From Tolypothrix carrinoi HA7290-LM1 (GTDB taxonomy: Bacteria; Cyanobacteriota; Cyanobacteriia; Cyanobacteriales; Nostocaceae): a stretch of DNA of 25,972 bases. Positions 8,181 through 17,209 of this stretch are shown piece after piece. Where the stretch lies: NCBI GenBank assembly GCA_019358935.1, contig JAHHIK010000118.1:1-25972 (forward strand), written 5' to 3'. Position 1 is the first letter of the stretch; the number at the start of each line of letters is the position of its first letter. Below the pieces are notes generated by a model. The model searched no databases and was not told the origin of the DNA. It was given only the letters and a program-made list of their open reading frames with translations. The translations under genes and the position numbers were made by a program.

Positions 8181-9423
8181 GTAGTGTGGCAAGTCAACAA
8201 TGCTTGGTGAGACAAGTGGATATAAACGTCCCATTTTCTTCCGTGCATCCGTAGTTTTAAAGCGCCAATTTACACTTGCACGCCCGAGAATTGCGATCGC
8301 TCTGCCAAGAAGCAATTTTAGAGGATAATTTTTGAACGTCAGCAATTCGTCTTTCTAAACATTGACGGGATAAAACGGATAACTCAATCTCAACTTGGTT
8401 GAGCCAACTACCATGGAGAGGGAGTGTAGTGGAACTCGCGCTTTTTGGACAATCCGACGTGCATATCGACGGTGGAAATACTTCGTATAATGCAGCTGGA
8501 TTATGTGTGTTGAGGTTATCAACTATCCATAGAATCGACGAGGCAACTGGGCAATGAATGTCTACTAAATTCTTCAAAAGTAAAGCAAAATCTTTTTTCG
8601 TTCTTTGTTGTGTAACCGAGTGGGTGTCGCCAACATGAGGAGGTTCAAAAATGGCAAATAAATTGACACTTCCCGAAGCGTTTATACTCGCGCGTCATAA
8701 CGCTCTGGTTCGGGTGGTAATGGTTCTCTAACATCCTCTAATAAAGGATATGGGCGTTCATCGAAACAAATTACTGGATGTTTTGGGTCATATGGAACGC
8801 TCGTATAAATCTAATAAATCTTCCATCCGTAAAACATACTCGGCATCTACCGTATCGTATGCACCATTGTTCCTTTAACCAAGGTTAAACGAGCGTTTTT
8901 TTTAAATAGGAGCGAACAGTTTCTTTAGAAACCGAATCTACGATGTTTAAACTCACTATGCGCTCTGCTAATAGTTGCATCGAAAGAGCGATTTCTTCCT
9001 TCTGGTGCTTTAGAACAAGCTGTCGCTTTTCAGTTATGCTTATTGTTGACCATCTAATTTCCGTTGTTTTGGTGGTGATGGGCGGTCTTGTACAGCGCGC
9101 TTCAATTCCTCCCTCTACGTATCTGGCACGGGTACGCTTAAGGATTGAAACGTGTACTCGTAAGATTTCTGCGTTAGCGAAGCTCCTCCGTCAGGAGGCT
9201 CGCTCTATCAGTTTCTCCCTCACTCGCCATCAAAAGTATATGGGCGCGGGTAATGCTTCTTGCTTTAAAGATTGCCTGTTTTGAGAGCGCGATCGCAGTT
9301 GATTAACCTCCGATTCACTTAAACTTACTGTATATTTTTTACCCATGATGCCACCCTAAATCCGTTAAGATAAGCATACCAAAAAACGGCATTAACTCAG
9401 CTTTCGTTGACTTGCCAGACTAC
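8181..9423 (-). mobile_element. IS630-family element with frameshifted transposase
   Basis: TIRs GTAGTGTGGCAAGTCAAC (8181-8198) and 9406-9423 match at 17/18; TA duplication at 8179-8180 and 9424-9425 in CTAG context; minus-strand fragments MGKKYTVSLSESE (ATG ~9346), DNLNTH and HGSWLNQVEIELSVLSRQCL. Confidence 0.92.
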
Positions 9424-9429
9424 TAGGGT

Positions 9430-9548
9430 TAAGCTGTTCCACATTTTACTTGCACATTTAATCGTGTGGACTGTTAACAGTTAAAGCCAACAATCAACCT
9501 TTAACGACCCTAATAAGTAATTGTGCAATTTAAATGTGTTTTAGCTTA
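9430..9548. repeat. ~120-bp MITE-like short inverted-repeat element, copy A
   Basis: Ends TAAGCTGTTCCACATTTTACTTGCACA and TGTGCAATTTAAATGTGTTTTAGCTTA; related copy at 24220-24339. Confidence 0.6.
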
Positions 9549-9655
9549 ATACAGCAGTACAGGCAGCCACTGCTCACTTCAAAAACACGTTAAAGAACGC
9601 TGCATCTTTCTAGAACTTAAATCTTGCACCTCGTTGCCCACAAGTTCCAAGCCAA

Positions 9656-9743
9656 GACGGCAGTTGCTTCAACTTTAGAAACCCTCCGAAGTTCTGAGCG
9701 GACGAAACCGACCCTCGGACTTCTTTGAGCAACGTACTGCCTC
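9656..9743. repeat. Nested stem-loop short dispersed repeat (Nostocales-type)
   Basis: Outer arms GGCAGTTGCT and AGCAAC-GT-ACTGCC enclose an inner imperfect hairpin GAAGTTCTGAG...CTCGGACTTC. Confidence 0.4.
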
Positions 9744-9922
9744 TTGCTAAGATTGGTCTCCAAATCTAAATTCTCATCAGGAAACTACGTCAGCACAAAG
9801 GTTAGGGTTAACTTCTCGCACTAGGAGTTGGCATGATTGGCTACCTATCTCACATTTGTTTAGAGGACTATCAATAGGGCTTTTCAGGAAAATAGTTAAA
9901 TTTCTTAACAATACCAGTGAAT

Positions 9923-9995
9923 AAGTAGAATCGAAAAATTGCAAACTTGTTTCAAAATATCGACCCTTTTAGCCGTATTTCACGCCCGATAAACT
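9923..9995 (+). promoter_or_regulatory. Conserved promoter module, copy 2 (upstream of SDR operon)
   Basis: AAGTAGAATCGAAAAATTGCAAACTTGTTTCAAAATATCGACCC, then TTTTAG, N17, TAAACT (9990-9995). Confidence 0.75.
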
Positions 9996-10238
9996 TAACA
10001 TATCGGCTTAATAACTTGGGGTAGCAGAGAAAAAATAAAAAGACTCAGGGGTACACACAGCGTCATAGAATGTGACACATGACGCAAAAAGCATCTGCTG
10101 ATAAATAGCTATCTGCACCACTGCAAAGGATTGACCCCAAAGAGATTGCACACGAGTCCTTGCGTCAAACATCTGCCATAATTAGCATGATTTCCCTACC
10201 TTTTTTAAAGTGACTTGTATTAAGTAAGGATAACCTAG

Positions 10239-11195
10239 ATGCCAAAGGACTCTGAAAACAAAATCCCCAATAGAGCCAATAGCGCATCTAAGAAGCAGAC
10301 GCTTGGACTCTCTCGGCGTCGGATAATGCTTGGCGGCGCGGGATTAGCTGGATTAGCCACAGCAGCTGGGGTTGGATACCAGGTTAATGCCAACACCCAG
10401 AAATCAGTTGCTCCCCAACCAAGACCTGCTAATCCAAATGGAAAATTTGTAGGCAAGGTCGTTCTCATCACCGGCGCAACATCGGGGATTGGAGAAACCA
10501 CCGCCCGCATGTTTGCTCAAGAAGGCGCGATCGTGCATTTTTGTGGTCGGCGAGAAGCACTTGGAAACAAAATCGCTCAGGAAATCAATGCTCAAGGCGG
10601 ACGTGCGAGCTATCAAAGAGCAGATGTTCGCAACGAGCAAGATATTCAGTCTTTTGTTGGTACCTGTGTTCAAAAATACGGTCGCGTCGATATCGCTTTT
10701 AATAATGCTGGCGTTGAAAGTTCTCCGAAAACGATCATAGAACGTTCCTTAGATGAGTGGATGAACGTGATGACGACGAACGCAACCGGGGTCTTTTTGT
10801 CGATGAAACATGAACTGCCCCAGATGCTCCGTCAAGGTGGTGGAGTCATTATCAATAACGCTTCTGTTTCCGGTCATGTCGGCTTTGCCACAATCGCGCC
10901 CTACAGTGCGAGTAAACATGCGATCGTGTCGTTGACAAAGGTGGCAGCGCTAGAGTACGCCGATAAAAATATTCGGGTAAATGCGATCGCGCCAGGAGCC
11001 GTTGATACGCCGATGTTACGACGGGCAATGGCGGCTTGGAAAACTTCTGCTGAGCAAATTGCTAACGATTATCCAATCAAGCGAATTGTTGCTGCAGACG
11101 AAATTGCAAAAGCTGTGCTCTGGCTGAGTTCTGCTGAATCAACTGCAATTATTGGCACGGATATTGATGTAACAGGGGGGTATCTTGCAAAGTAG
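10239..11195 (+). CDS. Classical short-chain dehydrogenase/reductase with N-terminal twin-arginine (Tat)-like signal
   Basis: TGATSGIG, NNAG, YSASK, APG motifs; ~65-aa N-extension containing SRRRIML followed by an Ala/Gly/Leu h-region. Confidence 0.9.
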   Translation: MPKDSENKIPNRANSASKKQTLGLSRRRIMLGGAGLAGLATAAGVGYQVNANTQKSVAPQPRPANPNGKFVGKVVLITGATSGIGETTARMFAQEGAIVHFCGRREALGNKIAQEINAQGGRASYQRADVRNEQDIQSFVGTCVQKYGRVDIAFNNAGVESSPKTIIERSLDEWMNVMTTNATGVFLSMKHELPQMLRQGGGVIINNASVSGHVGFATIAPYSASKHAIVSLTKVAALEYADKNIRVNAIAPGAVDTPMLRRAMAAWKTSAEQIANDYPIKRIVAADEIAKAVLWLSSAESTAIIGTDIDVTGGYLAK

Positions 11196-11214
11196 CTTCA
11201 CGTCTCCAAACAGG

Positions 11215-11745
11215 ATGTCACCTTACTGTGCTGTTTTTCGAGATTGGCATCTTGCGCTGATGCTCGTTTGGGCTGTTATCGGTGGATTTACTTTGTCATC
11301 CTGTAGCACACCGCCATCTGCTTCTCGTACCGGGAGTCCGATGATTTCTGATTCTTCATCGTCTCCTGCAACTGTTCAATTACAATCCACTACTAAAATG
11401 CCAAATTCATCAAACCCAACTGCCACCAATATTTCAGCGCCCATTCGTTGCTACGTCAATGCGGTTAACGCTAAGAATCTTAATGCCTTGGTTGCGTGTT
11501 TTGCTTCCGATGCAGTCGTCATTGACGTTAACCGTAAAATCACTGGTGTAGATGCCATCCGTACTTGGGCAAACAACGAGGTCATCGGCGGGAGTCTTCG
11601 AGTTATCGAGAGTACACCAACCCCTAACGGTGTCAGGCTGCTCGTACACTGGGCTCCGGGGGGATCTAACGGCTGGAGGGCGTATTACACCTTTGACTAT
11701 CAGAACGGACAGATTACTCAGGCAGATTTACAGTACGCCAACTGA
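11215..11745 (+). CDS. SnoaL-like domain lipoprotein (start uncertain: 11185, 11215 or later)
   Basis: Hydrophobic stretch ending in lipobox-like LSSC, Ser/Thr/Pro linker, then YVNAVNAKNLNALVACFASDAVVID...GVDAIRTW...GQITQADLQY. Confidence 0.75.
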   Translation: MSPYCAVFRDWHLALMLVWAVIGGFTLSSCSTPPSASRTGSPMISDSSSSPATVQLQSTTKMPNSSNPTATNISAPIRCYVNAVNAKNLNALVACFASDAVVIDVNRKITGVDAIRTWANNEVIGGSLRVIESTPTPNGVRLLVHWAPGGSNGWRAYYTFDYQNGQITQADLQYAN

Positions 11746-11793
11746 AACGGAATACCATGAACTGATTTCTGGCTTGATAATTCACAGGAAACC

Positions 11794-12837
11794 ATGTTGC
11801 TTATGCAGTACACAACTTTTGGACATACAGGCTTGGTCGTATCGCGTCTCGCTTTTGGAGCAATGACCTTCGGTACCGGTGAATTGGTACCAGGCGTTAC
11901 CAACAACATTGACCAGACTAAGGCAGATCAGATGGTTGGTCGCGCCCTTGATACCGGGATTAACTTGTTTGATACGGCTGATGCCTACACAGGAGGTCAG
12001 TCCGAAATTATGCTAGGCAAAGCGCTTTCTTCACACCGTAATGAGGTAATTATTGCAACAAAAGTCGGCTTTCGCAGCGGGAAAGCGCTCACCGATACAG
12101 GTCTTTCCTATCGGCACATCATTGCCTCAGCGGAAGCTAGCCTGAAGCGCTTGGGAACCGATTATATTGACCTGTATCAAATTCACATTCCTGACCCTCT
12201 TACACCCTTGGATGAAACGGTACGTGCTTTGGATGATGTGGTTCGCCGTGGACTCGTGCGTTATATCGGATTTTCCAACTTCCCAGCCTGGAAAGCAGCG
12301 CGAATGCTGGGGATTCAACAGTGTCATGGCTATGCCCGTTTTGCTGTAGCGCAGATGTATTACTCGTTGCTGGGGCGCGATATCGAGTATGAAATCGTTC
12401 CCTTTGTGGAAGAAACGGGGATTGGGGTGCTGGCATGGAGTCCGCTGGCTGGTGGTTTCTTGAGTGGAAAATATAATCGGGAGAATCCAACACCAGAGGG
12501 CGGGCGTCTCAACACGTTTAAAATTCCGCCTATTGATGTTGAGAAAGGCTACGATGTTATAGATTTGCTAAAGGAAATTGCTCAAAACCACTCTGCCTCA
12601 CCTGCTCAAGTGCCTCTAGCGTGGATGTTGACTAAACCCTTCATTTCGTCGATTATTATTGGTGCGAATAAAATGTCCCACTTGGAAGATAATCTAGGCG
12701 CGATTGAACTGAATCTGTCCAGGCAGGAAGTGGAACAACTCGATGAACTGACAGCGCCCCTACCTATCTATCCCGGCTGGATGCAAGCACTCGGACAGGA
12801 TGCCCAAGTGAAACAAGCGCTATCACAAGGCTTTTAG
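11794..12837 (+). CDS. Aldo/keto reductase (start may be 11803)
   Basis: FGHTGLVVSRLAFG, FDTADAY, IATK, LYQIH, WSPLAGG. Confidence 0.93.
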   Translation: MLLMQYTTFGHTGLVVSRLAFGAMTFGTGELVPGVTNNIDQTKADQMVGRALDTGINLFDTADAYTGGQSEIMLGKALSSHRNEVIIATKVGFRSGKALTDTGLSYRHIIASAEASLKRLGTDYIDLYQIHIPDPLTPLDETVRALDDVVRRGLVRYIGFSNFPAWKAARMLGIQQCHGYARFAVAQMYYSLLGRDIEYEIVPFVEETGIGVLAWSPLAGGFLSGKYNRENPTPEGGRLNTFKIPPIDVEKGYDVIDLLKEIAQNHSASPAQVPLAWMLTKPFISSIIIGANKMSHLEDNLGAIELNLSRQEVEQLDELTAPLPIYPGWMQALGQDAQVKQALSQGF

Positions 12838-12993
12838 CATTGACCACATCGGCGCAACACACTACAGCTGGCGTTGGATAGTTGCCGGATGATTTATGCC
12901 AAGAGAGACCCAGTTCCATTATAGAGGTAATGCAGTAACAATTCAATTGTCATTTCAGCATTTCCTTGGTTTTGGGGTAGCACAGGATCTGAA

Positions 12994-13050
12994 GTATTAA
13001 GCGAGTATAGCTTGTATTAAGCGAGTATGTTCTCGCTTAATACAAGTTAT
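12994..13050. repeat. Triplicated 12-15 bp unit: two direct copies and one inverted copy forming a long hairpin
   Basis: GTATTAAGCGAGTAT at 12994-13008 and 13014-13028; perfect 15-bp stem between 13011-13025 and 13032-13046 with a 6-nt loop. Confidence 0.8.
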
Positions 13051-13261
13051 GTAAGTTTTACTGACCCAGTGGTTAATCTTAAAGAGAGGTTCCTGAAATG
13101 ACGCATGAAAGCCAAATAGACTTGCATAATGGGGCTTTAAAATCAATTTTTGCTAATAAAATAATTTACTTGTTTTTGTCCTCTATTTTGGGGTTTGACC
13201 CATTAGATTAGTATAATTTTGGATTACTCACTATCAGATAAAGAGTCAAAAAACAGTAAAT

Positions 13262-13332
13262 ACTTATAATCGTGAAAATGCAAAAAATATTCAAAAATCG
13301 TCCCTTGTAGCTGTATTTTGTGCCCATAAAAT
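13262..13332 (+). promoter_or_regulatory. Conserved promoter module, copy 3 (upstream of MFS)
   Basis: AATCGTGAAAATGCAAAAAATATTCAAAAATCGTCCC, then TTGTAG (13305-13310), N16, TAAAAT (13327-13332). Confidence 0.65.
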
Positions 13333-13675
13333 TGACATTTTTTTGATGAATCAAACGTTGGTATAAGCGTTATGCAGGGGCATTGTGTCTGACTATATGA
13401 GTGTTTTGCCTAATGTCCTCGTGTTCTATTAAGTCTCAGTTCGTCATAGATAGCAAGGGTTTTAAAATCGCACTGATTCTCATACCATTTCAATTTTTAG
13501 GTGCTACACATCCAGTCTCTACTTCCCTTTCAAATTAAGAATATGTAGTGTCCTAAAGGCGAATTGACATTGAGAGGTTTTATTGAGAGGTTTTAATGAC
13601 GAAAAAAATGGCTTGGGGGAGAGAGTAAGAATTTTACTCATTCAGTAGCATTCAAAAACTAGTGAGGGTAAGACT

Positions 13676-15253
13676 TTGGAAAACACAAAAAACAACTCAA
13701 TCGATTGGTCACAATGCAAGCAAGTTACTCTGATTGGTGCTTGCATAACTGGAATTATGCTAACGTTGGACGTTACTAGCGTTGGGGTGGCATTAGACAG
13801 CATTAGTGAGGAACTGAATACGAGCTTTGCCCAATTGCAGTGGGTACTGAACGCCTACAATTTGACCTTTGGGGCGTTTTTGCTTGCTGCCGGGTCAATA
13901 GCAGATTTGTGGGGTCGCCGTCGCCTCTTCACCATCGGCGTTGCTCTTTTCACAGCGGCTTCCCTTGTGTGTGGATTGTCTCAAAATCCAATGATGCTTA
14001 ATATTGCGCGATCTACACAGGGCATATGTGCAGCATTTGTTCTACCGTCAGGATCTGCCTTGATTGCCAGTACATTCCTTGACAGTTCCGAACGGGCAAA
14101 AGCTTTTGGTCTGTTTGGGACTTCTTTTGGAATTGGTCTTGCTTTCGGACCAGTAGTAGGTGGTTTTTTGACCAGCGCTGTAAGCTGGCGGTCGATTTTT
14201 TTCATTAATGTGCCTATCGGTTTAGCCGTTTTAGCACTGGCTGTCCCGAAAATGTGTGAATCCAAAAACCCAGACGCAACTCGCGTTGACATACTTGGTG
14301 TTGCCAGCTTTAGCATATCCCTGTTCCTGTTGATTTACGCTTTGATTAATGGTCCTGAGGTGGGGTGGAATAGCCCCCAGACTCTGGGCACACTGATAGG
14401 TGCTGTTGTCGGAGTTACACTTTTTATTACTTTGGAGCGTGGACAACGTTACCCCATGTTTGATCTAGAGCTATTTAGCAACCCGACATTCATCGCGGCT
14501 CAGATTCTCCCAGTTGTACTCGCGTTCGGTTTTCTCACTCCGCTCATTTATCTTCCACTTTACTTTCAGGGTCTAAAGGACTACTCCCCAATTCAAGCAG
14601 GATTAGCGATACTCCCCTTGACCATTCCCATGGCAGCAGTTCCCGCTTTGGTGGGTCGCTTGGGAACCCGTTTTTCTGTACGCGGACTAGTGAGTGTTGG
14701 TCTAGTCTTAAACGCTATAGGTTCTTTATGGGTGAGTGTAGGTATTGCAGGGACAGAACAAATAACACTACTAGGTGCAATGCTAGTTATCAGCATTGGT
14801 TCTGGGATAGTAAATGGGCAAGCGGATAACCTTGCGGTAAGTGTGGTTTCCCCAGAGCGCAGTGGGATGGCATCAGGAATTTTCAATACAATGCGCCTGT
14901 CGGGCGATGCTATCACAATCGCTGCGGCTGGAGCAATTCTGATTGGCTTTACTCAGAAACGTCTATCCGATTTGCTTTGGGGAACATCTGTTGAACTACA
15001 CCGTTCTATAGGGGAGACTGCAAACCAGCTGGCGCGTGGTGACATTAGTGATGCATCAACTGCTGTCTCTGTGGGTCAAGAGATGTTTATGGAAGCTGCC
15101 AGAATGAGTTATTTAGGCGCATTGAGTAACTTGTTTGTGATTATTGCCTGTGTTTCTTTCATCGGTGCAGTATTGATGTTAACTCTAATACGGTCGCAAG
15201 ATATGTTTTCTCCCTCTGCCTCTTCCTCTCAACGCAAACTTCAAGAGAAGTAG
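13676..15253 (+). CDS. MFS drug/metabolite efflux transporter, DHA2 (EmrB/QacA) type
   Basis: LD.TSVGVAL, WVLNAY, motif A GSIADLWGRRR, motif C GPVVGG, WRSIFFINVPIG; many hydrophobic helices; TTG start with GAGGG upstream. Confidence 0.92.
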   Translation: MENTKNNSIDWSQCKQVTLIGACITGIMLTLDVTSVGVALDSISEELNTSFAQLQWVLNAYNLTFGAFLLAAGSIADLWGRRRLFTIGVALFTAASLVCGLSQNPMMLNIARSTQGICAAFVLPSGSALIASTFLDSSERAKAFGLFGTSFGIGLAFGPVVGGFLTSAVSWRSIFFINVPIGLAVLALAVPKMCESKNPDATRVDILGVASFSISLFLLIYALINGPEVGWNSPQTLGTLIGAVVGVTLFITLERGQRYPMFDLELFSNPTFIAAQILPVVLAFGFLTPLIYLPLYFQGLKDYSPIQAGLAILPLTIPMAAVPALVGRLGTRFSVRGLVSVGLVLNAIGSLWVSVGIAGTEQITLLGAMLVISIGSGIVNGQADNLAVSVVSPERSGMASGIFNTMRLSGDAITIAAAGAILIGFTQKRLSDLLWGTSVELHRSIGETANQLARGDISDASTAVSVGQEMFMEAARMSYLGALSNLFVIIACVSFIGAVLMLTLIRSQDMFSPSASSSQRKLQEK

Positions 15254-15366
15254 ACATCTCCGAAAAATGTTAATACCTTTCTATGACTGGCTTTCAACGG
15301 GCGATCGCCAATTGCAAATATCAGCCACTCTCAACGCAAAAATAAGGGTTTGAGACAGTTTATGTT

Positions 15367-15711
15367 GGACATATTGTGAATATTTCTTCTGTGGCTGGTC
15401 GCGTATCTGTGCCAAATTATCGTGTGTAGAATGCTACAAACATTATGAGAAGTGGGTTCAGTGAAGCTTTGCGGAAAGAAGTTTATAAAGACAACATTCG
15501 TGTGACAGTGATTGAACCGGGTGGGGTTGCAACGGAAATAGCTGACCACGTTACTAACTTAGAGTCTAAGCAGTGGGTAGAAGGGGTTTTCCAATCAATG
15601 ACAGTCCTCAAAAGTGAGGACATAGCTGCTGCGACTATTTATGCCGTGACTCAGCCGCCTCAGGTCAACGTGAATGAAATCCTGAACCGTCCCACCGAGC
15701 AGGAACTGTAG
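15367..15711 (+). pseudogene. C-terminal remnant of an SDR (YdfG-like)
   Basis: GHIVNISSVAGR; the Tyr position of YxxxK is TAG (15427-15429); frameshift into FSEALRKE...IRVTVIEPGGVATE...VNVNEI..RPTEQ; Rossmann N-terminus absent. Confidence 0.85.
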
Positions 15712-15827
15712 CTTTTCGTTTGCTTCTTGTTACGTTCAATGCTGTAGTGGGTAGGGTGGGTACTGCTTGCCTAAGACCTACGTATGCATTAATATGCTCA
15801 GATCGAGAAAATCCATTTTGTCGAGCT

Positions 15828-15861
15828 AAGGGTTTTTCTTTCGGAGCAAGTTTGGATTCTT
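15828..15861 (-). promoter_or_regulatory. Conserved module, copy 4: upstream block only, inverted
   Basis: Minus strand AAGAATCCAAACTTGCTCCGAAAGAAAAACCCTT is 28/34 identical to 3112-3145; no matching -10 follows. Confidence 0.6.
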
Positions 15862-15900
15862 TAGCAAAAATGTTGAACGTTCTGCTTTTTGTGCAACCCT

Positions 15901-16905
15901 ATGAAACGGAAATTATTTAACTCCATCCTGACCCTACCTGCTTTTATTGTGCTAGGTTTTGCCACTCCAGCGGTGGGAGCCCACCTCTACGTTGCCGGAT
16001 TTAGCTCTGACAATATTCAGCAGTACGATGCTACGACGGGAGAACTTCTTGGTACCCTCGACTCTGGTAACGAGCTGCTAGATGAGCCGGAAAATTTAGT
16101 CTTTGGACCAAACGGCAACCTCTACGTCAGCAGCAGAGGCATCGACCGAGTTCTAGAGTACGACGTTAACACAGGAACCTTGGTTGGTATCTTTGCCTCA
16201 GGCGGTGGACTGGATGGAGCTGATGGCTTAACCTTTGGTCCAGACGGCAACCTCTACGTCAGCAGCCAATTTACCGACCAAGTGCTAAAGTACGATGGGA
16301 TTACAGGAGACTTCCTTGGCATCTTCGCCTCTGGGGGTGGATTGGATGTAACTGCTGGTTTAGCATTTGGTTCAGATAACAACCTTTACGTTGCCAGCAA
16401 TGGCACCAACCAAATACTGCGCTACGACGGCACAACAGGAGCATTTCTGGGCTCCTTTGCTTCCAGCAACGAGCTGCTTGCACCTACTGGTCTAGTATTT
16501 GGTTCAGATGGCGACCTCTATGTTGCCAGCTTTTTGAATGACCAAGTTCTAAAGTACGATGGTGAGACAGGAAGCTCCCTTGGCATCTTCGCCTCTGGTG
16601 AGGAGCTCGATGGATTTGATTACTTTAACTTTGGTCCGGATGGCAACCTCTACGTTGGTAGCGTAAATAACAACCAAATCTTGGTATATGATGGTTTAAC
16701 AGGAAACCTCCTAAGGAGTTTCGCCTTAGTTGGGCTACAAGCACCCACTGGTCTAGTCTTCTCCTTCAAGACCATCCCTGAATCCTCTTCTGCATTAGGG
16801 CTATTGGGATTTAGTGTTTTATGTGCATATTGGCTGTTGCGCAAGAAAACCTTAGGAGTGCAAATTTCATCCGCGAAGCTTTATAGCAGACAGATGAAAG
16901 CGTAA
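15901..16905 (+). CDS. Secreted NHL/Vgb-like beta-propeller protein with PEP-CTERM-like sorting tail
   Basis: Signal peptide MKRKLF...PAVGA; six ~44-aa repeats (NLYV.S..TDQVLKYDG.TG.FLG.FASG..L....L.FGPDG, 132-bp period); C-terminal IPESSSALGLLGFSVLCAYWLLRKK. Confidence 0.85.
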   Translation: MKRKLFNSILTLPAFIVLGFATPAVGAHLYVAGFSSDNIQQYDATTGELLGTLDSGNELLDEPENLVFGPNGNLYVSSRGIDRVLEYDVNTGTLVGIFASGGGLDGADGLTFGPDGNLYVSSQFTDQVLKYDGITGDFLGIFASGGGLDVTAGLAFGSDNNLYVASNGTNQILRYDGTTGAFLGSFASSNELLAPTGLVFGSDGDLYVASFLNDQVLKYDGETGSSLGIFASGEELDGFDYFNFGPDGNLYVGSVNNNQILVYDGLTGNLLRSFALVGLQAPTGLVFSFKTIPESSSALGLLGFSVLCAYWLLRKKTLGVQISSAKLYSRQMKA

Positions 16906-16983
16906 ACTACTCTGCCCATGCCGTAGGCTGACGTAAAATGTCTCTACATAACACAACTTTTGCTATTTTACACCAAGCCCACC

Positions 16984-17048
16984 AAAAGAATACAAACTTG
17001 CAAAAGAAAGATTGTCCCTAGCGACCTTGCAGCTGCGCTCTTTAGAAT
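16984..17048 (+). promoter_or_regulatory. Conserved promoter module, copy 5 (upstream of GUN4-domain gene)
   Basis: AAAAGAATACAAACTTGCAAAAGAAAGATTGTCCC, then TAGCGA, N18, TAGAAT (17043-17048). Confidence 0.65.
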
Positions 17049-17063
17049 TAATCATGCATAATT

Positions 17064-17080
17064 TCAATGCGTAAGTCCTA
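17064..17080. mobile_element. Solo terminal inverted repeat of the IS701-type element at 24511-25650
   Basis: TCAATGCGTAAGTCCTA is the exact reverse complement of 24511-24527. Confidence 0.65.
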
Positions 17081-17209
17081 GTATTCCCACTCATACTGAA
17101 GCCGCCCTTGCATTGAAAAAGCCTATGGACAGTTTGTGCGTAAGGTGATGGCAACAGCAGGTATGTTTGTTTTAGGAGTAGCCATCCACTTTTCCTGATG
17201 AGGACCTCA

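Noticed and set aside
8943..9284. 113-aa + strand ORF
   Set aside because: It is the antisense shadow of the degraded IS630 transposase.
13479..13594. Degenerate inverted repeat plus 13-bp tandem ATTGAGAGGTTTT x2 upstream of the MFS gene
   Set aside because: Probably a decayed short repeat or slippage duplication; too degenerate to assign.
15251..15266. TAGACATC following the stop codons of both the MFS gene and the SnoaL-ankyrin gene (7652)
   Set aside because: May be MITE ends supplying stop codons, but the match is only 8 nt and partner ends are unclear.
15990..16780. 132-bp periodic DNA repeats resembling an array
   Set aside because: These are in-frame coding repeats of the beta-propeller. 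They have no unique spacers and there are no cas genes, so this is not CRISPR.
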